Assembly: GCF_000485595.1 (NCBI RefSeq)
Contig: NW_014577072.1
Location: 219,233 to 283,232 of the forward strand
Reading direction: 5' to 3'
From: Priapulus caudatus
Lineage: Eukaryota
DNA length: 64,000 nucleotides
How positions within the stretch are numbered: position 1 is the stretch's first letter; each line of letters begins with the position of its first letter. Shown here piece by piece: positions 55,601 through 64,000 of this stretch. The notes under the pieces are model-generated. The model did no database searches. It was not told where the DNA came from and saw nothing but the letters and a program-made list of their open reading frames with translations. The position numbers were made by a program, and so were the translations under genes.

Positions 55601-58600
55601 AATCATACGAATGCAAGTGTGGCGAGGTGTTCCGGTCAAAGGTGGCGCTGCGAAGACACGAGACGTATGCCTGCGGCAACAAGAACGCCATCTACATGAA
55701 GATCAATGAGGAGTTCATGTCGAGTAAGACAGGCTGTGCTGATGGGTATGCACAGCAGCAGCTCCAGTGCATGGATTGCGAAGTGGAATTCCCTGACCTT
55801 GCAAAGTATGTACACGTCGCTGTTATATTCTCGTGTTGCTGTGTGTATGATTTGTAATTAAGCTCGGGCACTGACGTGGGGGCGGTGTTTAAAAGTAATT
55901 ACTAAAATTATAATCCCATCTTCCATTTCAGTTTTTGGGCTTTGGTATATCAGAACATTCTTGATTTGTCCTAAATAGCTTATGCTGTCTCATTAACATG
56001 TATTGCTTGTGCAGTTTTAGGTTGATCTTAATGCCACAAAGCAGGGTTACTGCTATCTGCTTCTATACTAACTCTGGTGGTTAAATTCTGGCACAGGTAC
56101 GAAGAGCATATGCAGGGCCATTGCAAGGACACCGAGTACAAGTGTGACCAGTGTCCGCGAGTCTTCAACTGGAAGTCCAACCTCATCCGTCACCAGATGC
56201 AGCATGCTGCCGAGGACAGCCAGCTGGCCTGCGAGAACTGTGACAAGGCATGTTGCTGTACACGCGATTGCGATTCACCGGTAACCTCATCAGCAGCTGC
56301 CAACTGTGGTTTTCAGATTGCTGTTCATATCACAGCCACTGCGCAGCACGCCCGCTCAACCTGTCAATAGTTGCTTCTCACGTAGGGCCCGTTCGTTTCA
56401 TTTCGTCGCACAAATTTACACCGACAAAGCCGCTCATCGCTCCGTGTTCACGTGCGACACAGTTTTAACAAGTTTAACACGGACAGCATTACGTACCGTT
56501 GAGTTCCAGTTGCTCGTGAATTACAGTACAGTGCCAGTTCTGCGCACCAATCTGAAAACCATGATTGTTATAGAATTAAGTGCAACTAGAAAGCATTTCG
56601 ACACGTGCGAATGCCTCATTGACGTAACTCTGTGACTGCACCTACATTGCTATATTAGAAATTTATGCAGCACAGTGTGTGCGCGCGCATGCGTGCGTGC
56701 GCGCGTGCGTGCGTGCGTACGTGTGTGGGATGTGTGAGTGGATTAGCTGGAGCAGGGCGGCGTAATTGAACGCTTACAGGGTAAATGTTAATAATTATCT
56801 AATGTGCCAATGTTTGGTTCAGTTGATGTTAAGAGTATCAGTATAGCTCTCTGCGATGGCAGGTCTTCGACACACACATATGCACACTCGCATCTACTTG
56901 CTCTGGTTAGACATTACTGAAATTAGAGAGGAAACTTGTCGACTATATAACACAAGGAAATATTCGCAAACACATTTTAATGGTTGCAATATTTATCTGC
57001 TCTTGCAGGTATTCACTGACGCTAGTAATCTGCAGAGGCACATCCGCACGCAGCATGTGGGAGCGCGCTCGCATACATGTCTGGAATGTGGCAAGGCGTT
57101 TGCCACGTCCAGTGGACTGAAGCAACACACTCACATACACAGCAGCGTGAAACCTTTCCAGTGTGAGGTATGTGACTCTGCAGGCTTCTAGTCTTGTCAG
57201 ACCTGATTGCGTGCATTCAGTTGGTCATCCTGCTCTGAAAAACGTCCCTGCATGTTAGCGAGGTCTCCTTCCTCATTTTGGTACAAATTGGACCTGCAGT
57301 TCAAGACTGTATTAACTGAAGATGCATGTTAGCAGGGAGCTTGATTATTAGGCCTTCCAATTCATTGGCATTTGAAGTGCTTACATTGACTTGCTGGCAG
57401 CGATCATTAACAGTAACGGTTGCAACATGCTTACTAAATTTGTTCTTGTTATGTCTTTTAGGTGTGTCTGAAGGCATACACACAGTTCTCCAATCTCTGT
57501 CGTCACAAGCGCATGCATGCTGACTGTCGCACCCGCATCAAGTGCAAAGACTGCGGCCAGTCCTTCTCCACGGTGACGTCGCTTAGCAAGCACAAGCGCT
57601 TCTGTGAGGGGGCGCTGCGCCATGGACTTCCGCCATACTTCCCCAGCGTTCCATCGTCTGAGAAGTCTCCGATTGGTGGGCCACCCTCCACATCACATCC
57701 CTACCCGAATCTTTATGGGATCCGTCCAAACTTTCCCCTGTTCCCAATGGGTTATCCGTTCATGCCACCTCACATGCTACCTTTCCCATCCCAACTACAT
57801 GCACCACGCTTCATACCACATTCAACAACTTCCTCAATAAGTCCAGGTCATCTGCACGAGAGTAAGCCACCACGCATGCAGGCCGCCCCGAAAGGAAGCG
57901 AAGGCTCGGAGGTGAGCGAACTGTCGGATCTCAGCTCACCCGGAGGCAGCAGTGCTGATACCAGCATCGAATCTGACGCCGAGAGCGAAGGCGATAAGAA
58001 GGAGAGAAAGGCGGGCGAGGTGAAGCCAGCACCGATCCTCACGCAGGCTCTCTTGCAGCAGCGGAGCGCACACCCTATGTTCTCATCCACACTCTCGTCA
58101 CCTCGACGTGCAGATGGCAAGACATATATACCAAGAGAGCGGGCGTTCGACCTGACGAAAAAGAGTGAGGAATCCCCACTTGATCTGAGTGTGAAGAAGC
58201 CGTCCTTCACTCAGGAGCAACACAAGACGCACATCTTCGGAAGCAAGCAATTGAGCATGGAAGGAAAGCGCCCCGTGAAGCCAGTCGCTCCTCCTCCGCA
58301 GCCTCCGGCAGCTCGCCCATCGGTCGAACGGTTTCTGAGGCCGGAGAGCAGCCAGACGGTCGCACCCAGCATGTCCATTCCCAGTCTGTCCTCTGGTAGT
58401 CTGGCTGGACTTCAGTTCCCGGGCAGGTTCCCGTTTGCACCGCGGTTCCCTTTTCCCAACCCGGCACTGATGAACATCAACAACATCAACTTGGAGATGC
58501 TGCGCAAACAGTTTGAGATTAACAGACCACCGATGATGTCAGATGCGATGCGTTTTCCTGAAAGGCCCATGCAGTTTTCGCCCTATGCCATAAATGGCGC

Positions 58601-59576
58601 TAAGCAGAAGGAGCGTTACGGCTGCAAGTATTGCGGCAAGATTTTCCCGCGGTCAGCTAACCTCACTCGTCACCTGCGCACTCACACGGGGGAGCAGCCC
58701 TACAAGTGCAAGTACTGCGAGCGATCATTCAGCATCTCCTCTAACCTACAGCGCCACGTCAGGAACATCCACAACAAGGAGAAGCCGTTCAAGTGTCCGC
58801 TGTGTGACCGCTGCTTCGGCCAGCAGACGAATCTTGACCGGCATCTGAAGAAGCACGAGACGGAGGGACCCAATTTCACTGGGTATTCACCGGATTCGAA
58901 CCTCGACGAGAAAGACGAGAGCTATTTCACGGAAATTCGCAACTTTATCGGCAAGGTGACGGAGAAGGACCAGGAGGCGCACAGTAATCTCGACACGAAC
59001 TTCTCGCTCATCGACCAGATTGAGAAGAAGACTTTCATCGACCGCACGTCTAGTCCCGAGCGAGACGCAGAGAGCATGTCAATCAAAACCAACTCGTCGA
59101 TCGACGACGATGAGGAAGCCGAGCCACTGCCAAAGCGCGCACACGTCGACGAGCGAAACAACAACAACTCGCCGGTGGTGGGCAGCAGGAAGCAGGACAT
59201 GCTGTCTCCGCACGGCTCTCTGAAGTCCCCAGCTCCCGCCCCGCAGGCGCCCTCCAGATCTGACCTTCAGGCGACCATGCTGCGCGAGCAACTCAACCGA
59301 AGTCCCGACTCGACCCGGCAAAACCCTCTTGCCGAGAAGCTGGGCAGCTATGGCAACATCTACGAGTTGATGCTAGGCAAGGCGACGACGTGCGCTATCT
59401 GCCAGAAGGACTTTGCGTCACCCGCGAAGCTGTACGTCCATTTCCAAGAGCTGCACAGTGACTTCAAAGCGTTCTCGTTCTGTGACGCGATGCCCGTGCC
59501 TGTGCCAGTGCCAGCGGGAGCTGTTAGCACCAGTTTGCAGAATGGTCACGGTGAACAGAAGGTACTTACGACATAG
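2783..59576 (+). CDS. Prdm3/16: PRDM3/16-family (MECOM/MDS1-EVI1, hamlet/egl-43-like) PR-domain zinc-finger transcription factor; spliced gene span, 5'-partial; join(2783..3192,39608..39742,55331..55439,55595..55805,56097..56247,57009..57167,57462..59576)
   Basis: Exon phases join without stops (1-0, 0-0, 0-1, 1-2, 2-0, 0-0, 0-stop). The translation has the PR motifs FGPF...WE|LI...IDA...NWMKFVR...QN...[18 protein letters not shown]. It also has EVI1-diagnostic fingers: [92 protein letters not shown]. Confidence 0.95.
3355..3556. repeat. (GT)n/(GTGC)n compound microsatellite
   Basis: Direct inspection. Similar arrays at about 5550-5585, 6205-6565, 10750-10925, 13560-13745, 34177-34316, 41800-42235 and 52096-52440. 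Confidence 0.9.
7050..7809. mobile_element. Foldback-type MITE, about 760 bp, with ~230-bp imperfect TIRs and CAAGAG...CTCTTG termini (P-superfamily-like)
   Basis: 7068-7299 is the approximate reverse complement of 7580-7808 (aagagtatgacaccgttttaacagcgtttt / aaaacgctgttaaaacggtgtcatactctt). Flanked by ATATATAT on both sides; no coding capacity. Confidence 0.85.
8335..8610. mobile_element. 276-bp MITE with ~40-bp TIRs (GGCCAT...ATGGCC) and 3-bp TCA TSD; Zator- or PIF/Harbinger-like
   Basis: Left end ggccatccttaaagaattatgtttgctgtcctccgacc; right end reverse complement ggccatcattaaaaaattctatgtttgctgtcccccgacc. TCA at 8332-8334 and 8611-8613. Confidence 0.82.
9773..10067. mobile_element. Degenerate MITE with ~100-bp inverted arms, possibly Tc1/mariner-like (TA|CAG left end)
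   Basis: 9773-9874 is the approximate reverse complement of 9968-10067. Each arm contains its own near-palindrome tatttgtcataggaagattcttcctatgacaaata. Confidence 0.72.
15231..15273. mobile_element. 43-bp hairpin mini-element CAATAG...CTCTTG with 7-bp ATATTAT direct repeats
   Basis: Inverted arms caatagctaataaata / tatttattagctcttg; ATATTAT at 15224-15230 and 15274-15280. Confidence 0.55.
15437..15505. mobile_element. 69-bp mini-element CAAGAGCGTATAAA...TTTATACGCTCTTG with 7-bp ATATTAT direct repeats
   Basis: Perfect 14-bp TIR; ATATTAT at 15430-15436 and 15506-15512; nearly the same TIR as the element at 31155. Confidence 0.7.
15690..15903. mobile_element. Small inverted-repeat element (14-bp GGGAGAGATAGTGA / TCACTATCTCTCCC) enclosing degenerate (CCCTAA)n
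   Basis: Perfect 14-bp inverted repeat at 15690-15703 and 15890-15903; telomere-like hexamers at about 15750-15800; no TSD found. Confidence 0.5.
16914..17889 (-). mobile_element. Non-autonomous Helitron (976 bp) with both termini and a frameshifted C-terminal PIF1-like helicase fragment
   Basis: On the minus strand: 5' A|TCTCCTACATAAATGG with (CTGT)n nearby; 3' hairpin cccgggcatcgccggg, then ...CTAG|T. Inserted in an AT dinucleotide with no TSD. Confidence 0.92.
17036..17467 (-). pseudogene. Helitron RepHel PIF1-like helicase C-terminal remnant (frameshifted)
   Basis: [20 protein letters not shown]..., then LCNGTRL in a shifted frame, then [22 protein letters not shown]...[14 protein letters not shown]...[10 protein letters not shown]. 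These are typical Helitron helicase C-terminal motifs. Confidence 0.9.
21082..21219. repeat. Tandem duplication of a 69-bp unit (2 copies, 1 mismatch)
   Basis: cactgtcactgtcactgtcacgt(c/a)ttaagcgaagtcgttattgagcatatacgctgtattatcagcgta at 21082-21150 and 21151-21219. Confidence 0.9.
23764..24002. mobile_element. 239-bp MITE with GG...CC termini, ~45-bp imperfect TIRs, 8-bp TSD GCCATATA and internal (TA)n and (TTAGGG)n; Merlin-like
   Basis: gagtgttcccaactttaatgtcattaatg (23781) pairs with cattaatgatatcaaagttgggaacactc (ending 23985). GCCATATA at 23756-23763 and 24003-24010. Confidence 0.75.
25827..25894. repeat. 18-bp minisatellite (GTGTTTATTGGGGCGGGG), about 3.8 copies
   Basis: Direct inspection. 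Confidence 0.9.
29601..29727. repeat. 20-bp minisatellite (ATGCACGCACGCACGCAMTT)n
   Basis: About 6 near-identical copies with CTT/ATT variants. Confidence 0.9.
31155..31197. mobile_element. 43-bp hairpin mini-element CAAGAGCATATAAAGAAGGG-AAC-CCCTTCTTTATACGCTCTTG with 7-bp ATTCTAT direct repeats
   Basis: 20-bp arms with 1 mismatch and a 3-nt loop. ATTCTAT at 31148-31154 and 31198-31204, in non-microsatellite context. Confidence 0.72.
39608..39742 (+). CDS. Prdm3/16: Prdm3/16 coding exon B: middle of the PR/SET domain
   Basis: Acceptor ttgCAG at 39605-39607, donor CAG|GTAGGA at 39743, 135 bp, phase 0-0. Encodes [45 protein letters not shown] (PR motif IDA...NWMxxV). Confidence 0.93.
48990..49323. 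repeat. (GCAGTA)n/(GCA)n compound repeat
   Basis: Direct inspection. It produces the spurious poly-L, poly-AT and poly-CY ORFs in the track. Confidence 0.92.
50563..52985. repeat. Cluster of (CT)n, (GGA/GGT)n, (GTGC)n and (CTAT)n low-complexity tracts
   Basis: (CT)n at about 50563-50768 and 51610-51750; (GGA/GGT)n at about 51000-51362; CT/CTAT at about 52440-52985. Confidence 0.9.
55331..55439 (+). CDS. Prdm3/16: Prdm3/16 coding exon C: C-terminal part of the PR/SET domain (absent from the ORF track)
   Basis: Acceptor ctcctgCAG|GTC, donor G|GTAGGG at 55440 (phase 1). Encodes [36 protein letters not shown], like PRDM16 IYYKVIKDIEPGEELL. Confidence 0.92.
55595..55805 (+). CDS. Prdm3/16: Prdm3/16 coding exon D: atypical ZF1 (C2HC-type) and first half of ZF2
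   Basis: Acceptor tCAG|AT (phase 1), donor AA|GTATGT at 55806 (phase 2). Encodes [23 protein letters not shown] ... [14 protein letters not shown](K). Confidence 0.88.
56097..56247 (+). CDS. Prdm3/16: Prdm3/16 coding exon E: end of ZF2, ZF3 and start of ZF4; followed by a GC-AG intron
   Basis: Acceptor caCAG|G (phase 2). Encodes YEEHMQGH...[23 protein letters not shown]...LACENCDK. The donor demanded by finger spacing is AAG|GCATGT at 56248. Confidence 0.88.
57009..57167 (+). CDS. Prdm3/16: Prdm3/16 coding exon F: end of ZF4, ZF5 and start of ZF6
   Basis: Acceptor tcttgCAG at 57006-57008, donor GAG|GTATGT at 57168, 159 bp. Encodes [53 protein letters not shown]. Confidence 0.94.
57462..59576 (+). 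CDS. Prdm3/16: Prdm3/16 large terminal coding exon: ZF6-7, Pro-rich region with AFDLT/PLDLS CtBP motifs, ZF8-10, acidic region, extra C2H2 finger, stop
   Basis: Acceptor tctttTAG at 57459-57461, then a 704-aa open frame ending TAG. AFDLT at 58143-58157, PLDLS at 58176-58190, and the [22 protein letters not shown] distal finger cluster. Confidence 0.95.
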   Translation: MCLKAYTQFSNLCRHKRMHADCRTRIKCKDCGQSFSTVTSLSKHKRFCEGALRHGLPPYFPSVPSSEKSPIGGPPSTSHPYPNLYGIRPNFPLFPMGYPFMPPHMLPFPSQLHAPRFIPHSTTSSISPGHLHESKPPRMQAAPKGSEGSEVSELSDLSSPGGSSADTSIESDAESEGDKKERKAGEVKPAPILTQALLQQRSAHPMFSSTLSSPRRADGKTYIPRERAFDLTKKSEESPLDLSVKKPSFTQEQHKTHIFGSKQLSMEGKRPVKPVAPPPQPPAARPSVERFLRPESSQTVAPSMSIPSLSSGSLAGLQFPGRFPFAPRFPFPNPALMNINNINLEMLRKQFEINRPPMMSDAMRFPERPMQFSPYAINGAKQKERYGCKYCGKIFPRSANLTRHLRTHTGEQPYKCKYCERSFSISSNLQRHVRNIHNKEKPFKCPLCDRCFGQQTNLDRHLKKHETEGPNFTGYSPDSNLDEKDESYFTEIRNFIGKVTEKDQEAHSNLDTNFSLIDQIEKKTFIDRTSSPERDAESMSIKTNSSIDDDEEAEPLPKRAHVDERNNNNSPVVGSRKQDMLSPHGSLKSPAPAPQAPSRSDLQATMLREQLNRSPDSTRQNPLAEKLGSYGNIYELMLGKATTCAICQKDFASPAKLYVHFQELHSDFKAFSFCDAMPVPVPVPAGAVSTSLQNGHGEQKVLTT

Positions 59577-61854
59577 AAATAGTATGTGAAGAGTTTTTGA
59601 GGGCAACAACGCGGAAAATCTCTACACAGTTGCCGTCTGATGTGGCGCACACACAGTAGGTTGTAAATGGCTATATTCTGCAGACATCATTTAATATTGG
59701 TGAATGGATAATATGTTGAGTTTAAAATAGCTGTTCTGAGGTATATATATAGTGCAGCCTATTTAAACTGTTGTGTACAGTGGTATCTGGTTCAGCGTTG
59801 ACCAATCTATTTTAGACGCGCACCGTATTAGCACGTACACGTCCTCTCCGTAGAATACATATATTATGTCGAATTCAGTATTGTTTGCTCAGGTACTGTC
59901 GCTGCTGCGCCTCACATCGCAGGTGATGATCGTTGACTCTATCGCGTTGTAAATTGCGGATCGGTGTCAGTGAGCAAACCGCGAGGCTGTCGCCACGATG
60001 AAACGCGTGACGACGTCGGCGACGTGTCCAACAGTAGGTTGACACGCCTCGGTGCGCTCTTGCGAGGCAGCTATGAATTAAAAAATGTGATTCCTTATGG
60101 AAGCCGAGTCTTGTGCACCAAGCACATGCGTATCGTAGCAGTCAGTAGTAGGTATAGAGAACGACTACTCCTCCTTGCGAGGGATTCCTGTATCGTAGCG
60201 TTTTATCGAGTTGCTAACGGCTGGTTTCCGCATGACACTTTGGTGCTATCACCAAGCAGTCAACTTGGAGTGCTGCTCCAGGATAGGACGAGATGCTGTC
60301 AGATGCATGTACAGTAGATGTACCTAATCGTTTCTCAATTTGTACAGTTGTGTGTCGGCTATACATTTTGACAGTTAAATGACAATGAGTATATTATATT
60401 AAAGTAATTAATAACTCTCATGATAAATCACGTTTCATGTAAATTTTTATGCAGTAACTTATAGCGTTTGAAAGTTATGTGTAATGTTTTCGTTAAGGTT
60501 AATGATACATCGTAATCACCGCGTATTGCACTACGTAGACCTAATTAGTAGCTAATTGTGGTAAATATACATGGGTAGCACGGATCACTCTTGCGTTAAT
60601 TACTGATGCGTTTCCAAAAATATATATGTATTTGGAAAATATCAAAGAAGTTTAATTGCGTGTCTGTGCGTTTATAATCAGGATCAACATTGTTTTGTCA
60701 TACAAGCCAGTTGCCCGCAATGCACATGTAGGGAGATACTAAAGGCGTGGCTTTAAGTAGCGTGTGCCGGTGCCAGGATAGTTAGCTCTTTTGGTTTATT
60801 CTGTCTGAGCCTAAACTACAACACAATCATGACTTCATTTATGCACCATTTTAAAGCCGGATATTTTTTATATTTGTTTTTTTTTGATAGGGTAGGTGAC
60901 TGTAGTGTGTTGCTTGAACAAATATTTTCTAGTCTTGAATGTTGAATGCTCGCGCGCGTGTACCCGGCCTATGTCCCTGCTTGGTTGTACAATTACTGGT
61001 TTTAGTTGTCCACGTATGGATCACAATAATTAATGGTCATTAGTTAGATAACTAGGCACCGGGGAATTTCCTTTTTAGTTTGCTTGTTACTTTCTACTTT
61101 TAATTTATGTGCAGATCGCGATCTGTGTTTCAGCGGTGTTTCGATTTCTTCGGGCGTGTGTTTTCGTTCCTATTCATATCCAGTTTTGTGTTGATCACCT
61201 TTCTTATCGCAACTGGTGCTAGGAAAGTTTATAACTGACAGAATCCGTTTATAATGCGAGTATCGTCGAGCTATTTTCGTTCATCGTCAGCCGAGAGCAA
61301 ATATCCGGTAGGCGTTGTGTACAACCAGGTTCATGTGTGTTTGCAGGAGGGTGTATATCCCGATGCGGTGAAGTTTAGAAGTTTGTCTTGGATGCGTGTT
61401 GCTCGGCCATCTTGTTGCGCACAGCAGCGTGCTGGCTGTGTGCGCTATCGGTTCAGTGTGTATCTATATGTGCGTCATGAATAATGTTAATCCGTTTTAG
61501 AAATGTATCTTGTTTAACTATATCGGTGACCGCGTGTAGAAAGGTGCATTTGCTACCCAATATACATACACTTACAAGTACGTGAGTTTTATAAATATTG
61601 AACAGACACGGGGTATGAATGTCACACATTTGTTATATTACAAGTCCTTTCGTTGCCACCTTCCGACCCTCTCCCTCCAAATGCAAACCATTAATTGGCT
61701 TAAGCCGAACGTATTTATGCTGCTGAGTACTATATCGGTGTTTAACCCGAGCCGCCACTAACAGGATTTACACTGGAGGTTTATGGCAACAAAAGGCTTT
61801 GACCAATCATAGTTGTTTTCATCGTGTTAATGAATCGAAAATGTTGAGTGTTTG

Positions 61855-61893
<39 letters not shown>

Positions 61894-61985
61894 ATTATAG
61901 TTATAATTCCAGTACTGAGTAAACATAAATTATACATAAATTGTGTAGAATGTTTCGGATGAATAAATCTGTGTAAACTGTAATA
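59577..61985 (+). other. Probable 3' UTR of Prdm3/16 with candidate polyadenylation signal AATAAA at 61962-61967
   Basis: AT/U-rich non-repetitive sequence after the stop. AATAAA is followed by GT-rich sequence and then simple repeats. The end point is inferred. Confidence 0.45.
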
Positions 61986-63863
61986 ATATGTTGTACGTTG
62001 TGTTACATCAATCCTTTAATTGGAATGGATGGATGGATGGTTAGGTGGATGGTTGGATTGATTGATGGATGGCTGGCTGGATGGATGAATGCACGGATTG
62101 ACAGACGGACGTTCGGACGGACGGAAGGGCGGAGAAATAGATGGATAGAAAGAAATATAGCTAGCAGGACAGACAGACAGCCGGACGGAGGGGCGTGGGG
62201 CCGAACAAGCGGGCTGACGGACAGGCAGCCCGACAATACGCTAGAAAGTATTAAGGATAGAATAGGTGGTAGGTTGTGAGGACGGGTGGTTGATTGGGTG
62301 GATTGGTAGGTAGGTAGGTAGGTTGTGGGAGTGGTTGCTAGCTATGTATATAAATAGCTGGGTGGATGGATCAATGAACGTGCGTGTGTGTAGAAAGACA
62401 GATGGATAGATGGTTTACAATAATTATATACGTTTATTATCCCTTGTTATTTTCCCTCGTGCTGCTTCATCAAGCTAGCGCAGCTTAATGACTGCAGTCA
62501 CTTTTCCAGTGCATGACTACTTATCGTTTCAGTGGATGTGTTTCTCATACCTGAGTAAATGGCTTCACCACTTGGTTGTCACAATGGGGTTCAACATACA
62601 ATACGGTAATGGGCATCCACGAGAGTTATTATTTTCCCTTGATATTCAATAATTGATATCTTAATGAGCGTGCAACAAAGGCGAATTCGTGCACCTGATA
62701 TGGCAGCGTGCAGAGCAATGAAGGCAGCATAAAAACAACAAAGGCAACCACTTAGCCCATTCAAGCCATCCCAACCACCGGCTTTGATCGCATGTTCGTA
62801 TCGAAATGCAACAGGATGTGAGCGGAGAGCGTTCAGGAAGTCGCCGGCGTGATTGTTATAGATCTCAGCTTGTGCTGCTCCGCGAACAACGTCGAAATGG
62901 ACCGGCTTCGGAAACTGAAGCCCGTTAAGAAGCAATAACTCTGCGGTCATCAAACGACTGACAAGAAAATGGCATTAGTGGGTTTATATGCGCTTTTACG
63001 TTGCGTTTATGTCCCCACATCAGGTGCGTGGCTCGCACAATGCTCGCTGAGGTTGCAACTGCCACTAAAAGAGGTTTCGCCGAGAGAAAAGTCGGCAGTA
63101 ACTTGACTTAAACGTCAGCCATTGAGAAGCGGTGCGTACTGCGCGGGTCCCCTACTCACGCGACGCCTGCGTTATTGTCTTCTTAATTGACCATAGAAAA
63201 TGGAAATGCATAGTCGCGCGCATTTAGCTAGAATGATCACAATACAACGCACGCGGGAAGCTGGCTGCCTATCGATCACCTAAAAGATCGATTTGATTTC
63301 ACTGCATTCAAACTGTTAAAAGGCGCTTGCTATTTCACGACGTCGCTGTAGTCTTGCGCGCGTGTGAGCTAAACATTTTATATTGAGGAGATGTCAATGT
63401 TAGAGCGACAGGCAATGACGCAGTGCGCGGTCACAGAGAGCTAATGGTTTTGGTTACACAAGTTTACCATCTTAGAGGACCTCAGTTATAAAGAATGCCG
63501 CTACGCATCATTTCCATGTAAACGTGATAATTCCGGAAATTGTCCAGGGAAAACAAACTACATAACTCTTTGTCATATCTTATGTCCTATGGAAGTTTTT
63601 AACCGAAACTGCGGCATGGAAAAAAACTCGGCTGGGAAGAAACTTGAAAGACGAGGGCTTTAAGCGCCATCACACCAGCCTTTTACAAACATTGCACACC
63701 GCGTATATTTTGTGTCCTGGATAACACACAATCGTATACCTTGGAAACTTTTCGCTGGTGGCGAATAGTTGAACAATGACTACAGATTTATACATGTGAG
63801 TTGCTATGGTCGTGCATACACGCCGTTAGAGTTCAGGCTTAGACACTGGCACGGCAGAGAAAT

Positions 63864-64000
63864 AGGAGAGGAGAGGAGAGAGGAGAGAGGAGAGAGGAGA
63901 GAGGAGAGAAGAGAGAAGAGAAAGAGATAAGAAGATGAAAAGAAAGAGAGAGAGAAGAGAGAGGAGAAGTAGGAAGAGGAAGAGAAGAGAGAGAGACGGA
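63864..64000. repeat. (GAGAG)n purine tract running to the window edge
   Basis: Direct inspection. Confidence 0.88.

Noticed and set aside
57503..59609. Antisense and alternative-frame ORFs overlapping the last exon
   Set aside because: Shadow ORFs of a GC-rich coding exon.
60524..60545. miR-92-like sequence TATTGCACTA...
   Set aside because: Similarity is limited to the seed region, and the flanks do not form a good pre-miRNA hairpin.
62591..62953. 120-aa minus-strand ORF as a neighbouring gene
   Set aside because: No recognisable motif or clear splice signals; cannot be supported without a homology search.

Overview
Eukaryotic (animal, probably invertebrate bilaterian) genomic DNA, rich in microsatellites. 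Almost the whole window is one + strand gene, an orthologue of PRDM3/PRDM16 (MECOM/MDS1-EVI1, Drosophila hamlet, C. elegans egl-43). Seven coding exons join in phase: 2783-3192, 39608-39742, 55331-55439, 55595-55805, 56097-56247, 57009-57167 and 57462-59576, about 1095 aa. The first coding exon probably lies upstream of the window. The protein has a PR/SET domain split by 36.4 kb and 15.6 kb introns, a 7+3 zinc-finger layout, CtBP-binding motifs (AFDLT, PLDLS), an acidic region and an apparent extra C-terminal finger. Homology requires a GC-AG intron inside zinc finger 4. The introns contain a non-autonomous Helitron with both termini and a helicase remnant, several MITEs with identifiable TSDs, and a family of CAAGAG...CTCTTG hairpin elements as short as 43 bp with 7-bp direct repeats. 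There is also a candidate alternative first exon that would give a PR-truncated, EVI1-like isoform. Most ORFs in the supplied track are spurious translations of simple repeats. No prokaryotic-type systems, rRNA, tRNA or CRISPR arrays were seen. All family assignments come from recalled motifs; no database search was run.
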